DNA of 64,000 nt from Paraphysomonas bandaiensis (taxonomy: Eukaryota; Protista; Chrysophyceae). The DNA lies in assembly GCA_965644295.1 (NCBI GenBank), contig CBFFRP010000202.1:63793-127792 (forward strand), written 5' to 3'. The position numbers and the translations under genes are program-made. The notes under the pieces were generated by a model. That model was not told the origin of the DNA, ran no database searches, and worked only from the letters and a program-made list of their open reading frames with translations. Positions 24,601 through 38,850 of the stretch are shown here, piece by piece (position 1 is the first letter of the stretch; every line of letters begins with the position of its first letter).

Positions 24601-27600
24601 GGTAAATCTCAAAGCCATTGAAGAGCTACAAGATAGTGTTGAAAACTTGATTTCACGCGAGAAGTACCTGTCAGATAATAACAGTAACCTTCAAGCGAAT
24701 TGTCAGCATTTGGAGCGTCGTATTGACGAACTCAATCTTGCAATAACATCTAAAGAAGATGAAATGTCGACTATTCTTGCTCGAGAGGAATCACTGCAGT
24801 CCGAAAAGGAAGTGCTACAGTCTCGTTGCTCAGACTTGGAATCTCTTGTTGTAGAAATGCAGTCTAGTGGCAGACGCGATGACTCCGATGTCAGTTGTGG
24901 TAACGGTGATGAAACTACGATTTCCACCCTGTCAGAACGCTGTTCTGACCTAGAGTCGATCGTAATCGAATTACAGAAATTAATTGCGGATAAAACGGAA
25001 GAAGTTCAGGTTGCGAAAGCTAGTGAGAATGAGTTAAAAATGGAATTGGAAGAGATGTCTGTTCAATGTGAAGAGTACCTCCGTGTTATTGATAGTCTGC
25101 AGGAAAGCAATAAAACTGAGCAGGTAAATTCTATTAGAGAAGTGTCGTTGTCAGAGAGTGCTTTTGGACCTGCATCTTTGTTGGAAATGGCCGAAAATGC
25201 ATCATTAGAAGTTGAAATGGCGGATATGAGAAGTCGGCTGGATGATGTTAATGCTGCGCTGGAGGATGCCCTGTCGTCAAAAATGGAGTTAGAGGAGCGT
25301 TGCGAAACCCTACAGAGCAGTGTGGACTCTCTTCAACAAAGGCTTGTGTCTGCTGAGACCTTATCGAGAGAATCTACCACTCCGTCTAGGGGTAAAGGTC
25401 GCAATCCCGCTCTCACGGCTCTGGAAGGTCGTGTGGCCCAACTTTTGGAAGATGTCCATAATGCTTCTGCCCGTGAATCGGAGATGCGAGATGAGCTACA
25501 TCAACTGCGAACAACTAATAAGAAATTAGAAGAGTCTAAGGACTCCTTAGAGCTCAGAGTAGCGGAGTTACAAGACTTGGTTGCTGAGATGTCGGAGGCG
25601 CTACAAGTGGTTAAGCTACAGTTCGCTGAGGGCGAGGAGAAGATTAGGAATTTAGAGAATAGTCTACGACAAACGACAACACAACTGAATGATTCACAAG
25701 CTGACCTATTGGTGGAACGTGATAGAAGTGAAGCCTTGGAGTCAAGAGTTAATGAGTTGGAAGAAAAAGGACTGAAAAATATTGCTGAGTTAAAGAAGCA
25801 GCAGAAAGTCTTTGATTCTAGTGATAGTAGATGCACTAACGGGCCCCAACAACCGAAGGCTGGGGCGAATTGGTGGTCTATTGATGGAGATAGCGATACA
25901 GAAATGGATGCTTATTCCAATGGTTCTACCCCTCCTCGACCGCGTAGTCATGATAATTCTGTTCCAGATTCACCTCATGGTGGAAAAGGTGTGGAGTTAA
26001 AACGCCTCACTTCTGAGATATCAAGTCTCAAAACAACCATTCAAGAGCTGACGGCAGCTTGCGCAGAGAAAGATTCTGTACTCGATATGTACTCAGACAT
26101 GAACAAATCACATGAATCGGAGCTTGAGCAATTGAGAAATAAACTTCAATGTGCTTATGATGAGCACTCTTCTTGTTCAGTAAAGATTAAAGATCTGGAG
26201 TCTGCCCTACATGCCGCGAAAGATAGTGAACTTCAATCAACAACCCAAAATGCTATGTTGTTGGATAGTAAATTTGATTTGGAGCGAGCGAAGGGAATAT
26301 TAGAGGATGAAGTTAAACTCTTACGAGCAACCATGCAGACGGAAGAAAATTGGAAATATACACTTGAGGAACAACAGCGTCGCATTTCCGAATTAGAAAG
26401 CAAGTTGCAGGGGTGTATGGACGAGGCAGATATCTCGGAATTAAAAAGTAAATATAGTAAGTTAGAAGTTGTCAATAAGAGTGCCTCAGATAGTATTGCT
26501 GAGCTTCAAGTCGCTCTAGAGGAAGCTCATTCCCAAAAATCAATGGCATTTCAACGGGAAAATGAATTGCGTGATGAATTGTCACAGTTACGAACGGAAA
26601 TGTCTGGTCTGCTAGCGGACAAGCAGGTTCTCTCGGATACAAGTGAGTCTTTACGAAAAGAAATTGAATCCTTGACACAGAGAATTGAAGAATTAGAAGG
26701 TTTGCTAAGCTCTGAAAAGGAGGCGTTTGAGCAGGAGGCAGTTAGATGGAACAGCGATTTAGCTGCAGCGCAAGAGAATATCGAGACTTCGGAGGAAGCT
26801 AATGCACGACTATCGGAGTTACTTGAAGAGGCCGAGTCAGAATCTGAAGTACAAATATCACAATTAAAATCTGAGCTTTCGTCGGCATTAGTTCAATGTA
26901 AAGAATTACAAATAAGTGTCGATGAGTTGTCTGGACGGTTAGATGCGTTAAAAGCTGAGAAGGAGTTATTGTTTACGGAGAAAGAGAGTCTTCGATACTC
27001 TCTGGAGGAAGCTGTTGCGGCTCACAGCACTCAAGCAAGTGAAAGAGTACTGGCTACTGAAGAATCGAATAGGAAACTGAAGATGGAAGTCGAAGATATT
27101 CGTAGCCAGCTTCAGATTGCGGAGGATGCATTGGTAGCCAGCGAAGAGAAGGCAACCCGGTTGCAATTAGACCTTTCTGCTTCGTCTGATATGTGTCGAA
27201 AAATTGAAGCGGAGCTAGCGAAAGAATCTTCCCTGAAAGAAGCTTTACAAGACCACTTTACATCTACGTTAGAGAAAGTTAATGTTATTAATTCACAATT
27301 AGAGGCCAAACTCGAGCGGTATAATTCCAATATATTGGGGCTGGAAATGGAGATTCGGTCTTTACAAGAGTCTCTGGATTCTTCCCGAACACAATGTGAT
27401 TCTGCAGAGGAAGAGCTAATGGAGGCCCGTCAAGAGAGTAAGGAGCTACAAATCGCGTTGGATGATGCTCATACACAACTTGAGATCGCTCGTGATTCTC
27501 TTTCAGCACAAGGTGCGTCAGCAAAAAGCGAGAAGGATGCTTTGGAATCTACAATGAAGGAAAATTCTGATCTTCGGCTACAACTCTCGGAGCTTGAATT

Positions 27601-30600
27601 AGTACTCGATGTATCAAAACAGAAGGTAGTTGGCTTGGAGCATGAACTGGCGACACGATTGAAACAGTTCGCGAGTACTGATGCGGAGCTTAACGACCAT
27701 CTTCGTTGTATCCTTCAAAAAGTAGACCGATTAGAGCAAGATATATGCTCACTGACAATGGAGAAACAAGTGCTGGAGAACTCTTTACAATCCTCACGAC
27801 ACGAGTGTGATCGTGCCGAGGAAGAGCTTGTTGAGTGCTGTCACAAAGTGAAGGACCTTCAAGAGCAAGTCGACACCCTTTCTGCGGACCTTAGAAATAA
27901 GGAGTCCGACGTACATCGCCTCAATGAGTGGGTGCTAGAACTTGAATCGAATGCAGATCGTATCGTCCAGCTTGAAACTGACCGAAAAGAAATATGCGAA
28001 GCACTTGAACAATCTGAAAGCGATAAATCGTCTTTGGAGTCGAAGGTACACGCTCTGAACGAAGAGTTAAGAGAGTCGAAGTGCCAGTGTGAGCTATTCG
28101 AAAGTGATGTTATTCGTCTTGAAGCTTTGGTTTGTGACATAACCAGTGAGAAGAGTGCGTTGGCTTCCAAATTGTGTGAGATCAACGATAAACTTACCAA
28201 TTCTGAAAATAAATGTTTATCTCTTGTCATCGAGTTAGAAGCGGCAAATATATCCGGTGACGGCAGTGTAAACCACTCTGCAGCGGAACAGGAGAGATTG
28301 ACAGAGGATAATGTGGAATTATCTGTAAAAATTAAAGAATTGGAGAGTGAAAATGTGACATTATTGGAGTCGCAGCGAAATTTGCGTTCAGAAATAAGTG
28401 ATCTCACTGCTGAAAATGAATCCTTAAAACTCTCGCAACACGACGATGATTCAAAGACGATTACTTCTGCTCTGGAGCGACTACAGGTGGAGCTAGACCG
28501 TAAATCCAAGGACCTTGCGGATGTGTATGCTGAGATGGAGCAGTTACAGGAATATCTTGAGGTTGTGGAGTCAGAGAAATCTGACCTTACAATTCGGTGC
28601 AAAGATCTGGAGAAGCAACTATCAGATACTAGAGATGAGCTGGAGGAAGCTGTACTTTCCGCGGCTAGTGACAAACATGATGCCGAGAAGTATAGAGCAG
28701 AAGTAGATGAGATGACACAGAAGCTCTTGTGTTCGGAGAAGGAATTGGCAACTGCGCAGCTGCAATTACAAAAAGCTCTTTCGTGTGGCAGTGAAGAGGA
28801 AAAGACTTCCTACGACCCTCCTGGAGCTGTATCCCCTGTCCCTGGTACAGAAGATGATTTGCAAGGTGTTTTGGCATTTGTGCGAAAACTAAATGGTTAT
28901 ATGTACGATGCTGCTTCCGTTCTCGTACCCGACATTGTCAATGATGATGACCCAGAATATTACTCTATTCCTATGGGTACGGCGTTTGATGTACACAAAA
29001 CGATATCCAATCGCAGTGTACATGCTTTGCAAGTGGCCACGAAACAGTGTAGCGATCTGAAAAGAGAACTGCTTCAAGCTCGACATGATTTAGAAGAAGC
29101 AGAGCAGCAGGCAGCAGACACAAATGAAATGTTACAGTTCCAAAAGAAAAAGATAGATAATCTTAAAGCTAGCAAAAAGAAGCTATTGGAGGAAATCGAT
29201 AGTCTTCAAGCACAAACGAGTCAAATAGACTCTGCTCAATTTGGTACTGATTCATCACGTCAACAAGTGCTTACTCACGGGAACCCCATGGAGTCAGAAT
29301 TATTGCCAAAAGAAGAAGCTGCCCAGAATGGCTCTATAAACAAGGTCACCTCACAGTTTGATAACGTGGCCGATGATCAAGAGTCCCACTCATTGTCCGA
29401 AATAGTTCAAAAACTCCAAAATGATAACGAATCCCTGAATATAAGTACAGTAAAATCAGCTGTGGAGAAATTCCAGAGTGAGAACGAGTACTTGAAGGAG
29501 CAGATGACTATTTTATCATCAGAGAACGAGTCATTGAGAGAGCAGAGTATAGCTTCTGAACCGTTGATCAGTGAGTCCGATCTCGGTGTCTTGAAGTCGG
29601 CTGTGGAGAAATTCCAGAGTGAGAACGAGTACTTGAAGGAGCAGATGAGTATTTTATCGTCCGAGAACGAGTCATTGAGAGAGCAGAGTATAGCTTCTGA
29701 ACCGTTGATCAGTGAGTCCGATCTCGGTGTCTTGAAGTCGGCTGTGGAGAAGTTCCAGAGTGAGAACGAGTACTTGAAGGAGCAGATGAGTATTTTATCG
29801 TCCGAGAACGAGTCATTGAGAGAGCAGAGTATAGCTTCTGAACCGTTGATCAGTGAGTCCGATCTTGGTGTCTTGAAGTCGGCTGTGGAGAAGTTCCAGA
29901 GTGAGAACGAGTACTTGAAGGAGCAGATGAGTATTTTATCGTCCGAGAACGAGTCATTGAGAGAGCAGAGTATAGCTTCTGAACCGTTGATCAATGAGTC
30001 CGATCTTGGTGTCTTGAAGTCGGCTGTGGAGAAGTTCCAGAGTGAGAACGAGTACTTGAAGGAGCAGATGAGTATTTTATCGTCCGAGAACGAGTCATTG
30101 AGAGAGCAGAGTATAGCTTCTGAACCGTTGATCAGTGAGTCCGATCTTGGTGTCTTGAAGTCGGCTGTGGAGAAGTTCCAGAGTGAGAACGAGTACTTGA
30201 AGGAGCAGATGAGTATTTTATCGTCCGAGAACGAGTCATTGAGAGAGCAGAGTATAGCTTCTGAACCGTTGATCAGTGAGTCCGATCTTGGTGTCTTGAA
30301 GTCGGCTGTGGAGAAGTTCCAGAGTGAGAACGAGTACTTGAAGGAGCAGATGAGTATTTTATCGTCCGAGAACGAGTCATTGAGAGAGCAGAGTATAGCT
30401 TCTGAACCGTTGATCAGTGAGTCCGATCTCGGTGTCTTGAAGTCGGCTGTGGAGAAGTTCCAGAGTGAGAACGAGTACTTGAAGGAGCAGATGAGTATTT
30501 TATCGTCCGAGAACGAGTCATTGAGAGAGCAGAGTATAGCTTCTGAACCGTTGATCAGTGAGTCCGATCTCGGTGTCTTGAAGTCGGCTGTGGAGAAGTT

Positions 30601-33247
30601 CCAGAGTGAGAACGAGTACTTGAAGGAGCAGATGAGTATTTTATCGTCCGAGAACGAGTCATTGAGAGAGCAGAGTATAGCTTCTGAACCGTTGATCAGT
30701 GAGTCCGATCTCGGTGTCTTGAAGTCGGCTGTGGAGAAGTTCCAGAGTGAGAACGAGTACTTGAAGGAGCAGATGAGTATTTTATCGTCCGAGAACGAGT
30801 CATTGAGAGAGCAGAGTATAGCTTCTGAACCGTTGATCAGTGAGTCCGATCTCGGTGTCTTGAAGTCGGCTGTGGAGAAGTTCCAGAGTGAGAACGAGTA
30901 CTTGAAGGAGCAGATGAGTATTTTATCGTCCGAGAACGAGTCATTGAGAGAGCAGAGTATAGCTTCTGAACCGTTGATCAGTGAGTCCGATCTCGGTGTC
31001 TTGAAGTCGGCTGTGGAGAAGTTCCAGAGTGAGAACGAGTACTTGAAGGAGCAGATGAGTATTTTATCGTCCGAGAACGAGTCATTGAGAGAGCAGAGTA
31101 TAGCTTCTGAACCGTTGATCAGTGAGTCCGATCTCGGTGTCTTGAAGTCGGCTGTGGAGAAATTCCAGAGTGAGAACGAGTACTTGAAGGAGCAGATGAG
31201 TATTTTATCGTCCGAGAACGAGTCATTGAGAGAGCAGAGTATAGCTTCTGAACCGTTGATCAGTGAGTCCGATCTTGGTGTCTTGAAGTCGGCTGTGGAG
31301 AAGTTCCAGAGTGAGAACGAGTACTTGAAGGAGCAGATGAGTATTTTATCGTCCGAGAACGAGTCATTGAGAGAGCAGAGTATAGCTTCTGAACCGTTGA
31401 TCAGTGAGTCCGATCTCGGTGTCTTGAAGTCGGCTGTGGAGAAGTTCCAGAGTGAGAACGAGTACTTGAAGGAGCAGATGAGTGTTTTATCGTCAGAAGT
31501 CGATCGGATGAGGAATAATAGGTTTGGGAATGAGGATCTTATTAGCGCAGAGGATTTGAGTGCACTGAATTCATCTTTGAAAAACATACGGAATGAGAAG
31601 GAGCTGTTAGAGGAGGAAGCAGAAGTTCTTCGTGCAGAGAATGATTTACTTAACACACGAGTTGATGAAATTGAAATTTCTCGAGCCGAATTGAGTCGGG
31701 AAGTGCACCGTCTCAAGGAGTCTCTCTCCGAACTTAACCATTCTAGTGATGAAGTTGAGAATTTGGAGATGAGAATTAGTAAGTTACAGCAGCAACTGAG
31801 TGCTTCGAAGAAGCACTCTGCGTCACAGGAAGCCCGTTTGTATGAACTTGAAGCCATGTGCGCGGATTTGAGACATACGAATATGGATCAAGCTGGTACG
31901 GTAGATACACTACAGAAGCAAAACGCTGAGTATGAAGCTACTATTAAAGATCTTTCTCAAACTATTCGCTATCATGAAGCCAAAATTGTTGACCTCGAAG
32001 GAGAACTTGAAGTTGCTACCGGACAGACTTTTGGTTCGGAAATTAAAGATATTAAGTTGCGAGACTTAGAGAGTAAAATTCAGAAACTGACAGGTGTGTA
32101 CGTGTTTTGGACATTTATTTTTTAGTTTATATACCCTAGTGGAGCGAGATAACCTCGAGGCGGAATTGAATAACAAATCTGAGAGTCTGAAAGCACTGTT
32201 TGATAAAGAAAAAGAATCTCTTGAAACAGAAAACTCTAATTTACAGCGAAAAGTGGAGGTAGGTGTGATGTTTGTATTGTTTTATGATATCAGCGATTCA
32301 CAATGAATCCACAGGAGTTTGAGGAAGAGAGGGCGGGATACCGTGAAGCTGTTAGTACTGCCTACGAGGAGGCGAGTCGAATGATCAGTGCTGCCGATAC
32401 AAAGCAAGACAGCAGTTCATCCGGATCGATCATTGCCAATGTAATGGGCTCCACTAAACGGCAGGCGGAACAGATATCTAGCTTGAAGAGGCAGGTGAAG
32501 GAGCTGAAGCATCTTGAGCAATTGCGCCCCCAGCTATTGGATCTTCAACAGCAGTTGAGTGCAGCGAATCGAAATACGGAAACGCAAAAAGAAATCGCTG
32601 ACGAGGAGATAGCGACACTCACCGACCACAACCAACAGTTAGCTGCGGCGGTTATAGAGTACAAGCAATCTACCGAAAGACTAGAATCTGAAGTCAGTGA
32701 GGCACGAGCCCTGGTAGTGCAGCTCACTGATCGTGTCAAGCATCTAGAGAGTGAAGGCAGACAGCTCGTGATCGATCTCGAAGATGCCCGGTACGAGACT
32801 CAACAAATACGAGAGGCATCGGCTGACCCAGTGATTGTCAACGAGCTGGAAGCTAAAGTTCAAGAGTTGGAAAGTAAGATTTTCTTACCTGCAGTACCTG
32901 TTGTAAATGATACTTGGTAGACGACAAGGGGTTTTGGCAGAGAAAGGCACAACATCTCTCTAAGGATATTGTTCGACTCCAGACCAAAGGAAAAGATATA
33001 TCCGAACTTAGTGAGGAGAACCTGTCGCTGAAGAAACGTGTAGAGGTTTGTGACAGGAGATTAATTTCATTTATGTACATTCAAAATAATATTATTGAAA
33101 TCATGTGTATGTAATTCCACTAAAACGTGTTTGCAGGAGCTTTTGGTCGAGAGAGATGCATTCAAATCTGCTCTAGAGCAGACAATAGACGAGTCGAATC
33201 CAGTAACCCCTGCTCGTAAAGGTATTTTTGGACGGAAGAAGAAGTAG
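21618..33247 (+). CDS. Giant coiled-coil protein (~3600 aa) of unknown function; several short exons flank one ~9.6-kb exon (22468-32093)
   Basis: 3227-aa ORF with continuous E/L/K/S-rich heptad patterning. GT-AG exons upstream (MKGIKHEN...) and downstream (...PARKGIFGRKKK*). No catalytic motif recognised. Confidence 0.85.
29453..31497 (+). repeat. Coding tandem repeat, 141 bp (47 aa) x ~14.5
   Basis: Unit KSAVEKFQSENEYLKEQMSILSSENESLREQSIASEPLISESDLGVL. Unit starts at 29453, 29594 ... 31427 (14 x 141 apart). Confidence 0.97.
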
Positions 33248-34639
33248 TACTCTAGGATTGAAGAGCGCCAATTCATCCCGTGTTAGCAATATTTTGTGAT
33301 AGTTGTGGTTTGTCTGAAGCTTCCTTGTGATATTCTGTCTGATGGTAAATGTTGTTTGCACCGTGATATATTTCTATATTGCTTAGATTTGCTGGTACTT
33401 GACTTTCAAGACACCATTCTAGTATGTTCATATATAGTTTTACTACAACGTTGAATTTATTATTATTATTTGCTAGTGCTGTCGAGTAATTCCTGTGCAC
33501 ATATACTGTGCAGTAGACTTCTACTTCTACTTCTACTTCAATATTCTGTTGCATGCGCTTCGAGACTTTTGACAGTCTACATAGTTACGCTTCCGTACTG
33601 GAGGATTATCTACTTCTGAGACGGACGATTACATCGTAATTGTCCGTTTATATCGTAAGTCGTTCCATAGATCATTCGACGTTCTAATGTGAAGTTGGTA
33701 CTTTGCAATTAGCTTAGTACAGGCTACACAGACTCTAAAAAATATTATATTGAGTAGTGGCTGGAAAGGAGATATACAAGTATAGTGCATAGTAAAAATG
33801 GGTAGTTTCTTGAGTTATTATGATGGTACAAGAATAAGGTAGTATGATAATAGTATAGGTAGTTAAATCAGAAGATATCACTGTTAGGACTGCATATAGG
33901 GTTGGAATTTGGAATGCTCTTAGGCTATCCGCATATACGAAAGCAACGGATGTTTATGGTAACCTATATATGAAAGTCCTATTATTAGCAATAGGTGGTG
34001 TCGAGAATCAGCACCAGATAAGTAGTAGATGAAAACTGATCAAGCTAGATTGACTTCTACCTGTAACTAACTTGTACAAATCCTACTATATAACGCTACG
34101 AAAGCTGCTTGTGCGTCGCCAAGGTGCGACCATCTCCGCTCTTGCATGTGAGCGAGAAGATCTCTATTACCATGTACACAGTAGTTGGGTAGAAGTATAT
34201 ATAGGTAGTCTGTAGGGTGATAAGAATAAGAAATTTGTAGGGTTTACAAATTTCTACCTGGAGAACTATGCGTATGTTGTACATATGTACATATATATAA
34301 TAGTTATGGATTTGGGATTGATTGGTAATTTTATATTATAAACAAATATCAAGGAGAACAGATGCTTATTGATAGGTTGATAGTTATAATTCTTTCTTGA
34401 AAGTACGTTGTGTGCTATACGACCTTACTCTCCAAGACTGCCTCGCAATTTGTTAGCTTTTTCAGCGAAATGTTGCCAGCTTTACTTAATATATCCTTCT
34501 CTGCATAAAATTCATAATTGTCTCCAGTTCCTGTTTTATAGGTTTTTGACTCCTTTTCCATTGGCCTGATCAATAATATGTGTAAATCCTAAGCGAAACT
34601 CAGCATATACATAAGCAATTAATGACACTGGAAAACAAC

Positions 34640-34867
34640 CAGGGCTAATAATTGCAAATGGTTTTTAGCAATTATGAGTTATAGCTCGCGCAATTATAAA
34701 TGCAATTTAATTGGCAATTATAGTCTAATTAAATGGGTTACTCATTACAAGCACGATTAGCATCTTCAACTGTACTTGCATTCCACAGAAGTCTATTAAA
34801 GCGCAAGATAATTGCCAATTAATTGCAGCTTTCCAGGAGCAATTCAATTAATTGTTACGCAGCCCTG
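34640..34867. mobile_element. hAT-type MITE with 8-bp target-site duplication
   Basis: Termini CAGGGCT...AGCCCTG; flanks AAAACAAC / ATAACAAC (7 of 8 match); GCAATT subterminal repeats. Right end resembles the hAT ends at 12478 and 49933. Confidence 0.8.
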
Positions 34868-35193
34868 ATAACAACATACATGTCTACTCCATAAATATTC
34901 TGGCACAGAGTCAGGTTGTTGGAGTTGAGGATGCTGCTTGTACTGGAGTTATAATCAGTAGTCCAGTAAAGTCAAGTTGACAATTTGGATTATATATATG
35001 ATACTAATACGAATACTGCAGTATACAAAGCTTTACAATAGTTGCTGATGGATAACTACTATACATATTTTCTTTTTCTGCTGTATCCTCTTACTGTAAT
35101 TTCTTAAATACAAATTAGAATGGCATGATGACATTCCATTGTTTGATGCTGTATGCAAATAAAATAATATAGACGAATATGTGTGTATGAACC

Positions 35194-36379
35194 TTATTGT
35201 AAACTCTTCATATTCAGTGGGCCCAACGTACTACCTTTCCCAGAAACATTCTTATTATTGGCCAGGTGTGCTCGTATTTCAATCTGTTTGGTACGAAGTC
35301 TCTGAGGCGGGGCATGGTTAACTCTATGACTTGGGCGGATTCTACTTGAATGATACATATGTGTGCTATTTTGTATCACAAACGATGTCTCGTTCTGTAC
35401 TGCGGATGGAATCTGCATTCTGCTCGCGTTGCTGGCAATCCATTCGGCAAAACAAAATTCCCGCTGATGAAATGCATTTAGACTTCTATAGAATGCTATA
35501 GTTCCGGAAGTTCCTGACTGGTAGGTGCCACGGAAGAAGCCGGCATAAGTAGCTATAGCCATTTCGACGACCTAAAACACAATTACAGAATCCTAGTCTC
35601 AAAAGAAACATATATACGATATGTCATACAAAAAATTCATATCAATTTTCAATATCTTGTACCGTAAGGAAAAGCGATGTGCGGTTGGTCTGTCTTACAC
35701 CATGGAGGGAAATGGAGTAAGGAGGAGGCAGAGGGCTGTCCTCGAACTGATGGAACACTAATATCTTAGGTTGCTCCCCCCTTTTCCTATCTCTATTATA
35801 TCTATCCAAAAACTGCCTCTGCGTGTGAGGATCATCAGTCATAAGGTACACGCTACGCCACTCAGGTTGTTCCTCTACAAAGTCAAAATATATAGTATTA
35901 TTTCTCCCTTCGTGGTGAGGATAACGAGTATCGAGATCGGTATGTCGAACGTGTAGTGCAGCAGCAGCGCATATATGATGAGTATGCACAAACTCTAGAA
36001 CCGTTTTGTTTACCAGTGGAACAAAACTAAATGATTGTATAATATTCAGTCTATCAATCTCTGTTGCTAAACTGACATTCACAGATTGAAAGTGTTCCAT
36101 AATTTCACTCCGATGAGAGTGATATGTTCCATTAAAAAATGCAACTGCTCCTGAAACAAGATATACTGCATCTTTATCTTGTATAAATGTTACATTGGGA
36201 TGAGGTTCGTATACTTCAAGTATATGTCCCACACACGCATGATTTGTGTCCCATGAATAAAACAAGTGAGACTTATATGCATGCTTAGCTGCATACATAT
36301 ACAAGATTAAATTCAACATACGAGCATTAAATCCTGATACAATTCCAGTGACGAGGATATATGGTATGGTAGAGTCCAT
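35194..36379 (-). CDS. Putative GT-B fucosyltransferase-like glycosyltransferase (2+ exons; 5' end may extend upstream)
   Basis: SGFNARM, ALHVRHTDL, VYLMTDDP and spliced RTSLFLT|VVEMAIATYAGFFRGTYQSG resemble the three conserved alpha-2/alpha-6/O-fucosyltransferase motifs. Confidence 0.7.
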
Positions 36380-36947
36380 ATTATGTATGTGATTCTATGA
36401 GGAGATGTGTATATATATATATGTGCTATAGGTTTTATTGCACTGGTATTGGTATAGTAGATGGTGTTATGCATGGAATGATTGCCATACTAGTTAGGAT
36501 GATAGATAGTGTGTATCTGAGTGGCTAGAGATGAATGATTGTGTTAATGTGGATATCTATCTATGTATCTATATGGCTGTCTGTGTTCTTGCTTGTAGTT
36601 GCAGTAAGGTGGGTGTTGTGTACTTATACAGTACCTTCAGTGTACTTATATAGAGAACTTGTAGGTACATATAGTAACACAGATCTCCTATGAAGAGTAC
36701 TTCTATAATCTTTCAAATGTACTTGTATACCACACACTCTATCTCCTATGGTACAAGACTGTATAGTAGGCATCTCATATACACAGCAGTACACACACCC
36801 ACCTTCTATTCTATATTCTCGACAAGTACATGTGTACATGTACCCCTCTATGCATTCTTTTCTCATAACTCTCTACTCTACAGGTACATACATACACATA
36901 CTCTGTATATACAGTACATACACATCTCCCTATATATGCATAGGTAC

Positions 36948-37086
36948 ATACATACTGGACTCTCCCTATATATAAGTACATGTATATACTGGACTCTCCC
37001 TATACACAGAATATTTAAGTACATGTATATACTGGACTCTCCATATATATATATAAGTACATGTATATACTGGACTCTCCATATAT
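36948..37086. repeat. Imperfect ~35-45-bp tandem repeat (TATACTGGACTCTCC..AAGTACATG) x4
   Basis: Four visible copies in a divergent intergenic region. Confidence 0.8.
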
Positions 37087-37179
37087 AACACTGTCCACAT
37101 ACCACACTCTTAAACACCCTCTACATCATACATACCTCTATATACAAACACTTCTACTATAACACATACATACATCTAC

Positions 37180-37885
37180 ATGGAAAATAACAATCATTAT
37201 CAAATAGCTTTGAGTAATACATGCTGTAATGAGAAGAAGATCACACCTACATGGATTAAAGTATCTGCTACTCCATGGTAACATATACATACATATATCC
37301 ATATATATACATGTATATTCATATATATACATATCTATAGGACAGGAAAAGCGGCTTATCATCGTGGATATGGACGTCGTTGTATTGTAATAAGCTTATA
37401 TTACCATACCTTCCTATGTCTTATATATACATATAGAATGCTTCGTTGTCAGACGATATGCCAAAACATTTCACGAGGACTGAATATTTAGCACGACCAG
37501 AGCCATTGAAACCATCACCTAAAGTTAAAGTAGGAAGTAAATATAATCCTGAGGCTGCTCTTGTCCTACCTGGTGGTGCTACTGAACAAGACCGACCAAC
37601 TCACGGACACCGCTACCAAAAACTTATTCATGATAAACAGGTACACATTGCATGGTATATCCAATGGAAGTGAATTTACTTTGGAATTCTCAGCTGTTGC
37701 TTGAACCAGTAGTATCTGATCGATCTGGTCGTTCAGATATCAAGTGGGGTAACTCCCCCTACCGAACTGACATGGATAGTCAGCGGTTCTCAGGGAGATC
37801 TGGTCACTCTGGTGAAAACGTACGCACATTTAGATCAGGAAATAACCATGAGAGCCTGTCACGACGATCGAATTTATCAAGCTAA
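37180..37885 (+). CDS. Hypothetical protein (~190 aa, 4 exons)
   Basis: In-frame GT-AG joins give MENNNHYQ..VSATPW|TGKAAYHRGYGRRCI|NASLSDDMPK..IHDKQ|LLLEPVVSD..NLSS*. No family recognised. Confidence 0.6.
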
Positions 37886-38169
37886 GAGAGTACTTCTTAT
37901 TTACGATATATAACACTTTGCGATCAGTGTTGTATTCGATTTTTTAGACGTTTTTGTATAGTATTTGTGATTAGAAGTGCTTGCTACATAGATATTTAGA
38001 TATTTTTTATAAATGCGATAGATGTTTTCTTGTAACGATAAGTGTGGTCTGGTTAATACATTTGTTCTGTTACTAAGTGCCACAATTAGTTGTGTCAGGG
38101 TAGAGGATAGAAGTAGCTAAAACGCTAAAACTTCGTGCAGCAAAGCTATTCCCGAGTATTGTTCATATT

Positions 38170-38850
38170 CATTGGACCTTTACATTAGTTTACATGGGAA
38201 TCATAGGTTAGTATTGAAGGAAATGTGCTTTGAGTTAGTTGTACGTACATCGGATATTTTACTTAGGGCTACATCAACAGTGCTAGTGTTGATAAAACAG
38301 CAATGTATAGTTTCTATTAAAACCCCGGCGTATATTTTGTGTGTCGGCACCAAGCAAGCTCCAGCTAGATCTATGCTATACTTGCATAGCTCATATGTGA
38401 TTACGAGAAAGCCCACGCATTCTGGGGGAAGAGGGGCTCAGCGTACCTGTTGCACATATAATGTACGATCACATATCTTGGGGAGAGTGATATAATAGTG
38501 TTGAAAAATGGCTCTCTAAAGTACTTAAAGCATTTGCTAAAGCCATTTTATCTCTAGGCATGATGATTGTCGAAATAGGGACGCATTCATTTAGGAAAGG
38601 TGTGACAACGGCATTAGCTAATTGCCCTGGAGGACCCAATGCCATTAAAATATGATATCGAGCTGTATAAAGTTTAGGACCCGTTCAGATTCGATACAGG
38701 GCAATTAGCTAAGGCTTTTGCAACATTTTTCCTTAATGAATGTGTCCCTATTTATGCAATCATTATACCTAGAGATAAAATGGCATCAGCAAAAGTTTTA
38801 AGAACTTTAGAGAGCCATTTTTCAGCACGATTTTTGAGACCTTCTTGGGT
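38170..38850 (+). pseudogene. Crypton (tyrosine-recombinase transposon) remnant with an inverted second copy
   Basis: IMYDHISW and IGTHSFRKGVTTALANCPGGPNAIKI*YRAV*SLGPVQIRY match the HSxRKG...RAGW-SLG-VQ-RY catalytic region of stramenopile Cryptons, with in-frame stops. Inverted copy at 38697-38828 reads IGTHSLRK. Confidence 0.8.

Noticed and set aside
29407-31857. 816-aa antisense ORF
   Set aside because: Shadow of the 141-bp coding repeat; a stop-free unit repeated 14 times produces it automatically.
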